From: an uncultured Acidobacteriota bacterium
GTDB lineage: Bacteria > Acidobacteriota > Thermoanaerobaculia > UBA5066 > DATFVB01
Direction of reading: 5' to 3'
DNA length: 64,000 bases
Assembly (NCBI GenBank): GCA_963813155.1
Contig: CAWEYG010000001.1
Span: 128,001 to 192,000, forward strand
Below, in pieces: positions 11,227-19,986 of the stretch. The translations under genes were made by a program, and so were the position numbers. The notes beneath the pieces are model-generated. The model worked only from the letters and a program-made list of their open reading frames with translations. It ran no database searches and was not told where the DNA came from. Numbering within the stretch: the stretch's first letter is position 1; every line of letters begins with the position of its first letter.

Positions 11227-13278
11227 TCAGTTCACGTCTTCCGGGGCTTCCTGGTTCTCGTCTTCCGGCTGAAACGCCCGGGCCGGACTCGGCTTTTCTT
11301 CCGGCTCGAGCTCGACGACCCATTTCTCGTAGGTCTCCCCCGGCAGCTCGGAGACGAACCTCGACGATTCCAGGAGAACGTCCATCGAATAGCGGTCGCG
11401 CGCCAGCATCGGGTACGTGAGCGCGAGCTCGTTTTTCGCGCGAGTGCAGGCGACGTAGAACAGCCGCCGTTCCTCCTCGAGCCCCTCGGCGGTCGCGGCC
11501 GCGCGGAAATTCGGGAACCGGCCGTCGGACAGGCCGATCACGGCGACCCGGCTCCATTCGAGGCCCTTCGCCTGGTGGATCGAGGAGAGGACGACTTTCT
11601 CGTCCTCCGGCAGTCCCGCGACCGTGTCCTCGCCCGAGAGCTCGTTGTAGAGGGAAACCTCGTCGAGGAACTTCGGGAGCGAGTCGTACCCGCCCGCGAA
11701 CTGGGCGAGCTGCTCCAGGTCGTCCAGCCGCGCGTCGCCGTTTGGAAATTTCGCCCGCGCGAAATCGCGGTAGACCTGCTCGACGATCAGGCGAATCGAT
11801 TCTGCCGGCGAATTGCGAACCGACGGCGTGTCCAGCTTCGCGAAGAGGGAGCGGCATGGCTCGAGCGCCGCTTCCACGCCGCGCCCGTTGATGGATCGCC
11901 CGCCGCGCTGGAAGGCTTCGAGCGGATGCGCCGTGCCGCCGATCGCTTCCCAGATCTGCGTCGCGGTCCGCTCGCCGATCCGGGGAAACACCTTCAAGGC
12001 CCGTTTCCAGGAGATCTCGTCTTTCGGGTTCGCGAGGACGCGGAGGAACGCGAGGACGTCCTTGACGTGGCGCTGCTCGAAGAACCGCATGCCCGAGCGG
12101 ATCTCGTACGGGATTCCCCGCCGCGTGAGCTCCAGCTGGAGCTCCATCGCCTGGTAGTGGGAGCGGTACAGCACCGCGCAGTCGGAAAGGCGGTCTCCTT
12201 CGTCCCGCCATTCCAGCAGGCGCTGAGCAACGAACCGGGCCTGGTCGAACGCGTCGGGCAGCGGGACGACGGCCGGGAGCACGCCGCTGTCCCGGACGGC
12301 CGAGAGCTCTTTCGGAAACTGCCTTTCGTTCTTCGCGATGGACGCGTTCGCGAGGCGGAGGATCTCGGGGGTCGAGCGGTAGTTCGTCGTCAGGCGAAAC
12401 ACCCGGGCCTCGGGATGGCGCTCCGGAAAGCCGATGATGTTGTCGAACGAAGCTCCCCGAAACGCGTAGATCGATTGCGCGTCGTCTCCGACGACCGAGA
12501 TGTTCCCGTGGCCCCTCGCCATTCCGTCGACGATCTCCCCCTGGAGCCGGTTCGTGTCCTGGTATTCGTCCACGAGGACGTGGGCAAACCGCTTCGAGAG
12601 GGCCTCGCCCGAGGGGGTCGAGAGCAGCACCTTCCAGTGCAGGAGAAGATCGTCGTAGTCGCACGCCCTCGCCGCCTTTTTGCGCTCGAGGTACCGCTGA
12701 AAAACCGAAACGATCTCCTCCTGGAGCGGAAGGAAGTGGGGGGCGCGCTCGGCGAGGACCTCCGACAGCTTGCGCTCCGTGTTGATCGTGAAGGAGTACA
12801 GGTCGAGGAGCACGTCCCCTTTCGGAAAGCGCTTTTCGAGCGTCGGGATCTTCAGGTCGGAGGTCGCCGTCTCCAGCATCTCTCGGGCGTCCTCCGCGTC
12901 GAGGATCGAGAAATTCGGAGGGAGCCCGATCTGCTCGCCGTACTGGCGCAGCAGCCGGTTTCCGACCGAATGGAACGTGCCGCCCGCCATCTTGCGCGTG
13001 TCGATCGTCAGCAGCGCTTCGACGCGGCGCATCATTTCCCGCGCGGCCTTGTTCGTAAATGTCAGGAGGAGGATTTTCGCCGGGTCGACTCCCGATTCGA
13101 TGAGCCTCGACACCCGGTACACGAGAGTCCGGGTCTTTCCCGATCCCGCCCCCGCGATCACGAGGACCGGGCCGTTTCCCGCGAAGACGACCTCCTTCTG
13201 CTCCGCGTTGAGCTCCCGGTCGTAATCGATCCGGTAGTTCACGGAGGGGACCGGAGTCCGAAGGACGTACTTCTTCAT
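11227..13278 (-). CDS. UvrD/PcrA family ATP-dependent DNA helicase
   Basis: AGAGSGKT, TFTNKAA, VDEYQD, VGDDAQSIY, NYRS, SIHQAKGLEW, EERRLFYVACTRA. Start is 13278 or 13290. Confidence 0.92.
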   Translation of the reverse strand: MKKYVLRTPVPSVNYRIDYDRELNAEQKEVVFAGNGPVLVIAGAGSGKTRTLVYRVSRLIESGVDPAKILLLTFTNKAAREMMRRVEALLTIDTRKMAGGTFHSVGNRLLRQYGEQIGLPPNFSILDAEDAREMLETATSDLKIPTLEKRFPKGDVLLDLYSFTINTERKLSEVLAERAPHFLPLQEEIVSVFQRYLERKKAARACDYDDLLLHWKVLLSTPSGEALSKRFAHVLVDEYQDTNRLQGEIVDGMARGHGNISVVGDDAQSIYAFRGASFDNIIGFPERHPEARVFRLTTNYRSTPEILRLANASIAKNERQFPKELSAVRDSGVLPAVVPLPDAFDQARFVAQRLLEWRDEGDRLSDCAVLYRSHYQAMELQLELTRRGIPYEIRSGMRFFEQRHVKDVLAFLRVLANPKDEISWKRALKVFPRIGERTATQIWEAIGGTAHPLEAFQRGGRSINGRGVEAALEPCRSLFAKLDTPSVRNSPAESIRLIVEQVYRDFARAKFPNGDARLDDLEQLAQFAGGYDSLPKFLDEVSLYNELSGEDTVAGLPEDEKVVLSSIHQAKGLEWSRVAVIGLSDGRFPNFRAAATAEGLEEERRLFYVACTRAKNELALTYPMLARDRYSMDVLLESSRFVSELPGETYEKWVVELEPEEKPSPARAFQPEDENQEAPEDVN

Positions 13279-13371
13279 GCGACCGGCCATTATCGCAGAT
13301 GAGGTCGACGCCCCGATTCCGACAGGAACATCACCGGTCCGGCTATGCTCTATCCGTCGAAAGGAGATCTC

Positions 13372-14757
13372 GTGACGATCGGCCCCGACGCCTCACGCAA
13401 GCGCTGGATCCTCGCGGCGACGATCCTCGGCTCGACGATGGCGTTCCTGGACGGGACCGTCGTCAACGTCGCGCTCCCCGTCATTCAGCGAAAACTCCAC
13501 GCACCCCTGTCCCGCGTTCAGTGGGTCGTCGAGGCGTATCTGCTCTTCATTTCCGCGCTGCTGCTCCTGGGGGGCTCGCTCGGCGACCGGTTCGGGCGAA
13601 AGCGCGTCTTCGTCGCGGGCACCGCGATCTTCGCTTTTGCCTCCGCCGCCTGCGGCGCAGCGCCCTCGACCGGAGCGCTGATCGCTGCAAGGGCGATTCA
13701 GGGGATCGGCGGGGCGCTCCTCGTTCCAGGCAGCCTCGCGCTCATCACGGCAAACTTTCCCCCGGGAGAGCGCGGGCGCGCGATCGGGACCTGGTCGGGA
13801 GCGACGGCGCTCACGACCGCGCTCGGGCCGCTCGCGGGAGGATTTCTTGTCGACGCGGTCTCGTGGCGCGCGATTTTCTACCTGAACGTTCCCATCGCCG
13901 CCGGGGTGATCGGGATCACGCTCCTTCGCGTTCCCGAGAGCCGGGACCCGGATTGCAAGCCGCTCGACCTCGCGGGCGCGGCCCTCGCGGCCGGCTCGCT
14001 GGCGGGAATCACCTTCGGCCTGACCGAGGCGTCGCGCGGCCCGTTCGGCTCGCCGGCCGTGCTCGTTCCCCTTCTCGCCGGCCTTCTCCTGGGCGCCCTG
14101 TTCGTCGTCCATGAATCGAGGAGCCGCCATCCCATGCTCCCCCTTGCGCTTTTTCGGTCGCGAGCGTTCACCGCGACGAATGCCGTCACCCTCTTCCTCT
14201 ACGGATCGGTCGGCGCGATGTTCTTCTTCCTTCCCTTCGAGCTGATCCAGGCCCGTCGGTACACCCCCACTCAGGCCGGAGCAGCGCTGCTGCCGTTGAT
14301 CGCCGTGATCTCGACCCTGTCCCGCTGGACGGGAAAGCTCGGCGAGCGCGTCGGCCCCCGCCTGCCCCTGACTGCCGGACCGCTGCTCTCCGCCGCGGGC
14401 CTCCTTCTGTTTCTGATTCTCCCGCCGGGCTCCTACTGGACATCCGTGTTCCTGCCGATTCTCGTCGTCGGCTTCGGGATGGCGCTCGCCGTACCCCCGC
14501 TGACGACGACGGTCATGAGCTCCGAGAAGGAAAAATACGCGGGCATCGTGTCCGCCTTCAACAACACGGTCTCGAGGATCGGGAGCCTCTTCGCGATCGC
14601 GGGGCTCGCGATCGCGGTCGCCGCAACGAGCGGCGCGTTCGCCTCGCCCGTCTCGGCGGCATTCCGAATCGCGATGGGAGGCTCGGTCACGCTCGCGATC
14701 GCGGCGGCGGTCATCGCGGCACTGTTCCTGCGACCCACGGGCTCCATCAGCCGGTAA
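13372..14757 (+). CDS. MFS transporter, DHA2/EmrB-like
   Basis: LDGTVVNVALP, GSLGDRFGRKRVF, RAIQGIGGA, WRAIFYLNVP. GTG start follows AAGGAG. Confidence 0.9.
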   Translation: MTIGPDASRKRWILAATILGSTMAFLDGTVVNVALPVIQRKLHAPLSRVQWVVEAYLLFISALLLLGGSLGDRFGRKRVFVAGTAIFAFASAACGAAPSTGALIAARAIQGIGGALLVPGSLALITANFPPGERGRAIGTWSGATALTTALGPLAGGFLVDAVSWRAIFYLNVPIAAGVIGITLLRVPESRDPDCKPLDLAGAALAAGSLAGITFGLTEASRGPFGSPAVLVPLLAGLLLGALFVVHESRSRHPMLPLALFRSRAFTATNAVTLFLYGSVGAMFFFLPFELIQARRYTPTQAGAALLPLIAVISTLSRWTGKLGERVGPRLPLTAGPLLSAAGLLLFLILPPGSYWTSVFLPILVVGFGMALAVPPLTTTVMSSEKEKYAGIVSAFNNTVSRIGSLFAIAGLAIAVAATSGAFASPVSAAFRIAMGGSVTLAIAAAVIAALFLRPTGSISR

Positions 14758-14760
14758 CCG

Positions 14761-14884
14761 CGCCCGAGCGGGTCCTGTCACGGGACTCGATCCACTTTTC
14801 CGCTCGCTGCGATTTTTGGACTTTGCTACGTCTCCGCGCCGCGAGCGGCAAAAGGGATCTCCTCCCGGGCCACCCGCTCGGGCG
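14761..14884 (+). repeat. Structured non-coding element, copy A (long rod hairpin; candidate ncRNA or MITE-like element)
   Basis: 13-bp terminal inverted repeat CGCCCGAGCGGGT/ACCCGCTCGGGCG; homologous to the reverse complement of 55579-55716, with compensatory changes. Confidence 0.85.
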
Positions 14885-14918
14885 AACTCCACCGACTCAC
14901 GTTTGGTAGGATTGAGGC

Positions 14919-16166
14919 ATGATGGTCATTCGGAAACGCCACGAAACCGTCGGGGTGAAGGTTGGCCGCGTGCTGGTCGGCGGTGGCGCGCCAGTCGTCG
15001 TTCAGTCGATGACGAACACCGACACGGCCGACGCGCCCGGGACGGCGCGGCAGTGCGTGGAGCTCGCGCGCGCCGGCTCCGAGCTCGTTCGCGTCACCGT
15101 CAACGTCCCGGAAGCGGCGGCCGCCGTCCCCGAGATCCGGAAACGGATGCTCGACGCCGATTGCGACGCGCCCCTGATCGGGGACTTTCACTACAACGGC
15201 CACGTCCTCCTCGCGAAGTTTCCCGAAATGGCCCGGGCTCTCGACAAGTATCGGATCAATCCGGGCAACGTCGGCAAGGGTCAGAAACGCGACGAGCAGT
15301 TCGCGACGATCTGCCGCATCGCGGCCGAAAACGGGAAACCCGTCCGCATCGGCGTCAATGGCGGCTCCCTGAACCAGGAGCTCGTCATGGACAAGATGCA
15401 GGAGAACACCGACCGCGACCTCGGGCGGTCCTCCGAAGAGATCGTGAACGAATGCATGGTCCTTTCCGCGCTGCAGTCGACCGAGCTCGCAATCGCGAGC
15501 GGCCTGCGCGAAGACCAGATCATCATCTCCTGCAAGGTCTCGCGCCCTCTCGACCTGATCTCCGTGTATCGCGACCTCGCCTCGAGGACCCGGCAGCCTC
15601 TTCACCTCGGACTGACCGAAGCGGGAATGGGGATGAAGGGCATGATCTGGTCGGCCTCGGCAATGGGAGTTCTTCTCAACGAAGGGATTGGCGACACGAT
15701 CCGCGTCTCGCTCACGCCCCGCCCGGCGGGAGACCGCCGCGAGGAAGTGTATGCGGCCTGCGAGCTGCTGCAGGCGCTCGGCATCCGTTCGTTCGCGCCC
15801 AGCGTCACCGCGTGCCCGGGCTGCGGGCGCACGACGTCGACGACGTTCCAGGAGCTCGCGGAGCGGATCCAGGAATACATCCGCGAGAACATGCCGCGAT
15901 GGAAGACCGAGTTCGAGGGCGTCGAAAACATGACGCTCGCCGTGATGGGATGCGTCGTCAACGGCCCCGGCGAGTCGAAGGCCGCGTCGATCGGAATCAG
16001 TCTTCCCGGAACGGGCGAAGAGCCGCGCTGCCCCGTGTACATCGACGGCCAGCACTTCACGACTCTGCAGGGCACCTATGACGAGCTCGCGGAGGGATTC
16101 CGGAAGCTCGTCGACGACTACGTCGCGACGAAATATTCGCGCAAAGCCGTCACGGCGACGCGCTAG
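14919..16166 (+). CDS. ispG: (E)-4-hydroxy-3-methylbut-2-enyl-diphosphate synthase
   Basis: [58 protein letters not shown]. Confidence 0.96.
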   Translation: MMVIRKRHETVGVKVGRVLVGGGAPVVVQSMTNTDTADAPGTARQCVELARAGSELVRVTVNVPEAAAAVPEIRKRMLDADCDAPLIGDFHYNGHVLLAKFPEMARALDKYRINPGNVGKGQKRDEQFATICRIAAENGKPVRIGVNGGSLNQELVMDKMQENTDRDLGRSSEEIVNECMVLSALQSTELAIASGLREDQIIISCKVSRPLDLISVYRDLASRTRQPLHLGLTEAGMGMKGMIWSASAMGVLLNEGIGDTIRVSLTPRPAGDRREEVYAACELLQALGIRSFAPSVTACPGCGRTTSTTFQELAERIQEYIRENMPRWKTEFEGVENMTLAVMGCVVNGPGESKAASIGISLPGTGEEPRCPVYIDGQHFTTLQGTYDELAEGFRKLVDDYVATKYSRKAVTATR

Positions 16167-17241
16167 AAGCCAGCCGGTAGTACTGGCGAATCACGTTAAG
16201 CGCCGGCTTCCCCTGCGGAGTGAAGTCGCGTTCGGCCGACGCGTCCGGCCTTCCCGTCGCCGCGAGGCGCGGGTTCCACTTCCAGACGAACGTCCCCGCG
16301 AACCACGGCCTTCCCCAGATCGTTTCGAAAAACGCCCGATAGGCCTCGGACTGGAGCCGGAAGTCGGACGCGCCGTCGGTCTCCCACTTCCAGGGCTCCT
16401 TGACGCCTCCGGCAACGCTTCGATACCCGATCTCGGTGAACGCGACCGGACGGGCCGTCTTTCGCGAGAGCGGCTCGAGCTCCGCGGAGATCCTGTCCCA
16501 CGAGGCTCTCAACTCGGCCGGCGTCGGTCGCGCGGACGACGACAGGGGGTAATAGGCCTGAATGCCGATGAAGTCGAGCGCATCCCAGAACGGCACGCGG
16601 GCCGCTTCCTCCCAGTTGGCGCAGTACGTGAGCGGGCCGTGATAGACCGCCCGGATCTTCGCGATCAGCTTTCGCCAGTCCGCCGCCCGCGAGCTCGTGC
16701 CGCACAGCTCCGTGCCAACCGCGAGCGCATCCATTTTTTCGTGCTCGGCGAGCTCGGCGTAGTGAAGGATGAATTTTTCATAGGAATCGAACCAGACTTC
16801 CCAGTCCGCTTCGCTGGCCATCTTCAGATCACCCACCCAGTCGCGATGGCCCACCCAGAGATGGGGCTTGAGCAGTGTCTTGATCCCGATCGCGCGCCCG
16901 AGGCGGGCCGTCTCCGCCAGCCCTTCGTCGCTCTCGCCCCAGTAAACGCGCGAGCCGGTTGCGAGGATGACTTCCGGAGACCGAGTCGACCGGCACCATC
17001 CGAACGGTGTCTGCGAGATCCAGTCGACGCCGACTTCTTTCAGTGGCGCCAATTCCCGCGCGCCGATCTTTCCCACGGCCTCCCAGCAGACGCCGCGCAT
17101 TTTCTGGATTTGCCGCGGTTCGTTCCCGCGCACGGCCGCAAGACTGAGTAAGAACGGGAGCGCGATCGCCGCCCCTGAGCAAACCGTCCTCATCATCCGG
17201 CGGCGAGAAACGGCAGCGCCAACCCGGGTCTGCAGGCTCAC
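16150..17241 (-). CDS. Glycoside hydrolase family 113-like secreted TIM-barrel protein
   Basis: [64 protein letters not shown]. Start may be 17196. Confidence 0.8.
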   Translation of the reverse strand: MSLQTRVGAAVSRRRMMRTVCSGAAIALPFLLSLAAVRGNEPRQIQKMRGVCWEAVGKIGARELAPLKEVGVDWISQTPFGWCRSTRSPEVILATGSRVYWGESDEGLAETARLGRAIGIKTLLKPHLWVGHRDWVGDLKMASEADWEVWFDSYEKFILHYAELAEHEKMDALAVGTELCGTSSRAADWRKLIAKIRAVYHGPLTYCANWEEAARVPFWDALDFIGIQAYYPLSSSARPTPAELRASWDRISAELEPLSRKTARPVAFTEIGYRSVAGGVKEPWKWETDGASDFRLQSEAYRAFFETIWGRPWFAGTFVWKWNPRLAATGRPDASAERDFTPQGKPALNVIRQYYRLASSASP

Positions 17242-19943
17242 GGCCGAATCTCGGAGGTCCAGTTCGACACGACCGAAAGAGGAACGGTCGTGCCCGAAAT
17301 CTCCTGAACGGCTGCCAGGAATCGCCCGTCGGATGCGACGTCAAAGGCCTCCCAGCCCTCCGCCGGAAGCGAGAAGAGAAAGGCTGGCTTTCCGACTTGC
17401 AACGCGGGAGAGACCCGGATCGGCACGGCGTAGAGCTTCCCGTCGGGCGACGCGTAGAAGATCTCCTTCCCGTCGCGATTCCAACGCAGAAGCGTCGCGC
17501 CTCCCGTCGAGATCCGGACTTTTTGCCGGTCGGAGGCCAGGGGTTCGACGTAGGCCTCCGACTGCCCCGACTCGTCGGAGATGAACGCCACGAAACGGTC
17601 ATCGGGGGACAATCGCGCAATTTCCTGTTGGGATTTCGACGTCACGAGGGGCGCCGGCGCCGGATCGCCGACAAGGGAAAGAGTCCACACGCCAAACGTT
17701 CCCCCCGCCGGCCGCTGAGAAAACAGGAGACGCCGTCCATCGCGACTGACGGCCATCGCTTGCTGAAAGCTGCCGGGAGGAAGGAGCGGGGCCTCCGGAC
17801 CGCCGGCGAGTTCCCTCCGAACGAGCTGGGGCGTCTGCCCGTGCCGAACGACGGAATAGACGAGGCTCATTCCGTCCGGAAGCCAGACGGGATCGAATTC
17901 GGTATCGGGCTCCGAGGTCACGCGGGTCTCCACTCCTCGCGCCAGATCGATCGTCCAGATGTCGAAGGTCCCCAGGTCCGGGCGCGTCCGATCGAAGAGG
18001 ACGCTGCGGCCGTCCGGAGAAATCGCGACATTGATCGTGTCGCCGGCTCCCTCCGATCCGATCTTCCCGAGGACTCGGCCGGAACGATCGAACCAGGTCA
18101 GGCGCGAGATGTTCCCCTGCCCCGAGTACGCCAGCATACCGTTGCGCGAGGTCGCAAAGCCGGCCCACTTGTTCGAGTAGAAATAACGGACCGCGGGCGC
18201 AAGCGAGAGCAGCGGCCCGCTCAACCGTCCGGAAGCGGGATCGAAGCGCTGGGCGACGAGACCACCGTCCCGGGCGAAAACCAGGAAACCGGGATCCACA
18301 TATTCGACTCGTGAAGAGAACGGGGCGACGACGCGGGGCGCCTGGCCGCTCGCGGCGAAAATCAAGTTGCTCTCTCCGTCCTTTCGTCCCGCCAGATACA
18401 GGAACGTCTTGCCGTCCGGGAGAAACCATGGCCAGCGCGCTTTCGTTTCTCCGCGGGCCGAATCCGGCCGAACGAGAACCGCCGGCCGCCCCCCGTCGGC
18501 GGAAACGCGATAGATCAGACCGTCGAACGTCGAGTCGAAGAGAATCTCGCCGGCGCCCCACGTCCCGGTGACTCCTCCCCCCAGCCCCCCCGGCAGATCG
18601 CAGATCGGAACGGCAGATCCGCCCGCAAGGTCGATCCGCTTCAACTGGCCGCCCGTGAAAAATCCGATCGACCGGCTGTCGGGCGACCAGAAGATCGACG
18701 AGACCCCCTCGGATCCGGCGAGGGGATGCGCCTCGAGCTCCGAGAGTGTTCGAATCCAGACACGTCGGGAGGGCCGGCTGTTTTCGGCGATCTGGCGCGG
18801 AGATCTGGCCTCGTTGACGACAAAGGCGAGGCGGCATCCATCCGGAGCGAATGCCTGGCTAACCAAATCGAACGTGGACAGAAACTTTCCCCCGGCCGGG
18901 GGAGCGGTCGCGAAACGGATGGTTGGCGGGAAGCTGGAAGACCGTCGATGCTCGATCAGCGCAACCGCCATCGCACCCGCAGCGCCGATCGCCAAGGCCG
19001 CAGCGGTCCACGGCAGGAGACTGCCCCGGTTCTTCCGGCTCGAGGGCCGGTTCGAGGGCTCTGTCGATCCGCCCGTCATTTCCGAAAGGTGCTCGCGCAC
19101 CAGCGCGAGCTCCCGGGAGAGATCCCGGGTCGAGGCGTAACGCCCCTCGGGGGCCTTTGAAAGGCAGCGGTCGAGGATCCAGCCGAGCTGCGGCGGTACC
19201 ACCGGGTTGATCGAGCGAACCGGCGCCGGCTCGTCCCGAAGCACCGCCGCCATCGTCTCCCCGGCCGTCGCGCGCCGGAAGGGCGGCCGGCCCGCCAGCA
19301 TCTCGTAGAGGATCGTGCCGAACGCGAACTGGTCGGACCGGAAGTCCACGCTCCTTCCGCCCGCCTGTTCGGGCGACATGTAGGCGACGGTCCCCATGAC
19401 GATTCCGTCGGAGGTCTTCAGCCCGTCGGAAGTCGGAAGCTGCGACATACCGGCGCTCCCGGTCTCCGCCAGCTTCGCGAGGCCAAAGTCGGCGATCTTT
19501 GCGTCGCCTGTTTTCGTGAGCAGGACGTTTTCGGGCTTCAAGTCCCGGTGAACGATTCCGCTCTCGTGCGCTTCCGCGAGGCCCGACGCGATCTGGACGG
19601 AGAGGTCGAGCGCGCGGCGAAGCGGCAGAGGTCCGCGGTCCAGAAGATCTCGGAGGTTGCCCCCCGCCACGATCTCGGTGACGATGTAGAAACTCTCGCC
19701 CGCGCGGCCGACGTCGAAAACCGACACGACGTGAGCGTGAGACAGCGCGGACGCCGACCGCGCTTCCCTCTCGAACCTCGCCACTCTCTCGGCATCGCCG
19801 GCGAAACCCTCCGGCAGCACCTTGATCGCGACCTCGCGTCCCAGCCGCGTGTCCCTCGCGCGGTACACCTCTCCCATTCCTCCGGCGCCGAGCGACGAGA
19901 GGATTTCGTACGGACCGAGACGGGAGGCGGCCGCGAGGCTCAG
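17238..19943 (-). CDS. Ser/Thr protein kinase + TM + TolB/PD40-like beta-propeller; probable CTG start
   Basis: RLGPYEILSSLGAGGMGEVY, HRDLKPEN, DFGLA, YMSPEQ, then repeated SPDG blades. The frame extends 22 codons upstream of ATG 19877. Confidence 0.88.
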   Translation of the reverse strand: MSLAAASRLGPYEILSSLGAGGMGEVYRARDTRLGREVAIKVLPEGFAGDAERVARFEREARSASALSHAHVVSVFDVGRAGESFYIVTEIVAGGNLRDLLDRGPLPLRRALDLSVQIASGLAEAHESGIVHRDLKPENVLLTKTGDAKIADFGLAKLAETGSAGMSQLPTSDGLKTSDGIVMGTVAYMSPEQAGGRSVDFRSDQFAFGTILYEMLAGRPPFRRATAGETMAAVLRDEPAPVRSINPVVPPQLGWILDRCLSKAPEGRYASTRDLSRELALVREHLSEMTGGSTEPSNRPSSRKNRGSLLPWTAAALAIGAAGAMAVALIEHRRSSSFPPTIRFATAPPAGGKFLSTFDLVSQAFAPDGCRLAFVVNEARSPRQIAENSRPSRRVWIRTLSELEAHPLAGSEGVSSIFWSPDSRSIGFFTGGQLKRIDLAGGSAVPICDLPGGLGGGVTGTWGAGEILFDSTFDGLIYRVSADGGRPAVLVRPDSARGETKARWPWFLPDGKTFLYLAGRKDGESNLIFAASGQAPRVVAPFSSRVEYVDPGFLVFARDGGLVAQRFDPASGRLSGPLLSLAPAVRYFYSNKWAGFATSRNGMLAYSGQGNISRLTWFDRSGRVLGKIGSEGAGDTINVAISPDGRSVLFDRTRPDLGTFDIWTIDLARGVETRVTSEPDTEFDPVWLPDGMSLVYSVVRHGQTPQLVRRELAGGPEAPLLPPGSFQQAMAVSRDGRRLLFSQRPAGGTFGVWTLSLVGDPAPAPLVTSKSQQEIARLSPDDRFVAFISDESGQSEAYVEPLASDRQKVRISTGGATLLRWNRDGKEIFYASPDGKLYAVPIRVSPALQVGKPAFLFSLPAEGWEAFDVASDGRFLAAVQEISGTTVPLSVVSNWTSEIRP

Positions 19944-19986
19944 ATGTTCACCGTTTGCCGGTGATTCTACCCTCCCGGGGGATAAC

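Noticed and set aside
14761-14884. Element A as a tRNA, SRP/6S RNA, hammerhead ribozyme or ispG riboswitch
   Set aside because: It lacks the T-loop, SRP GGAA/GCAG and CUGANGA/GAAA motifs and is short for 6S. It lies upstream of ispG's own predicted -10, and copy B sits between convergent genes.
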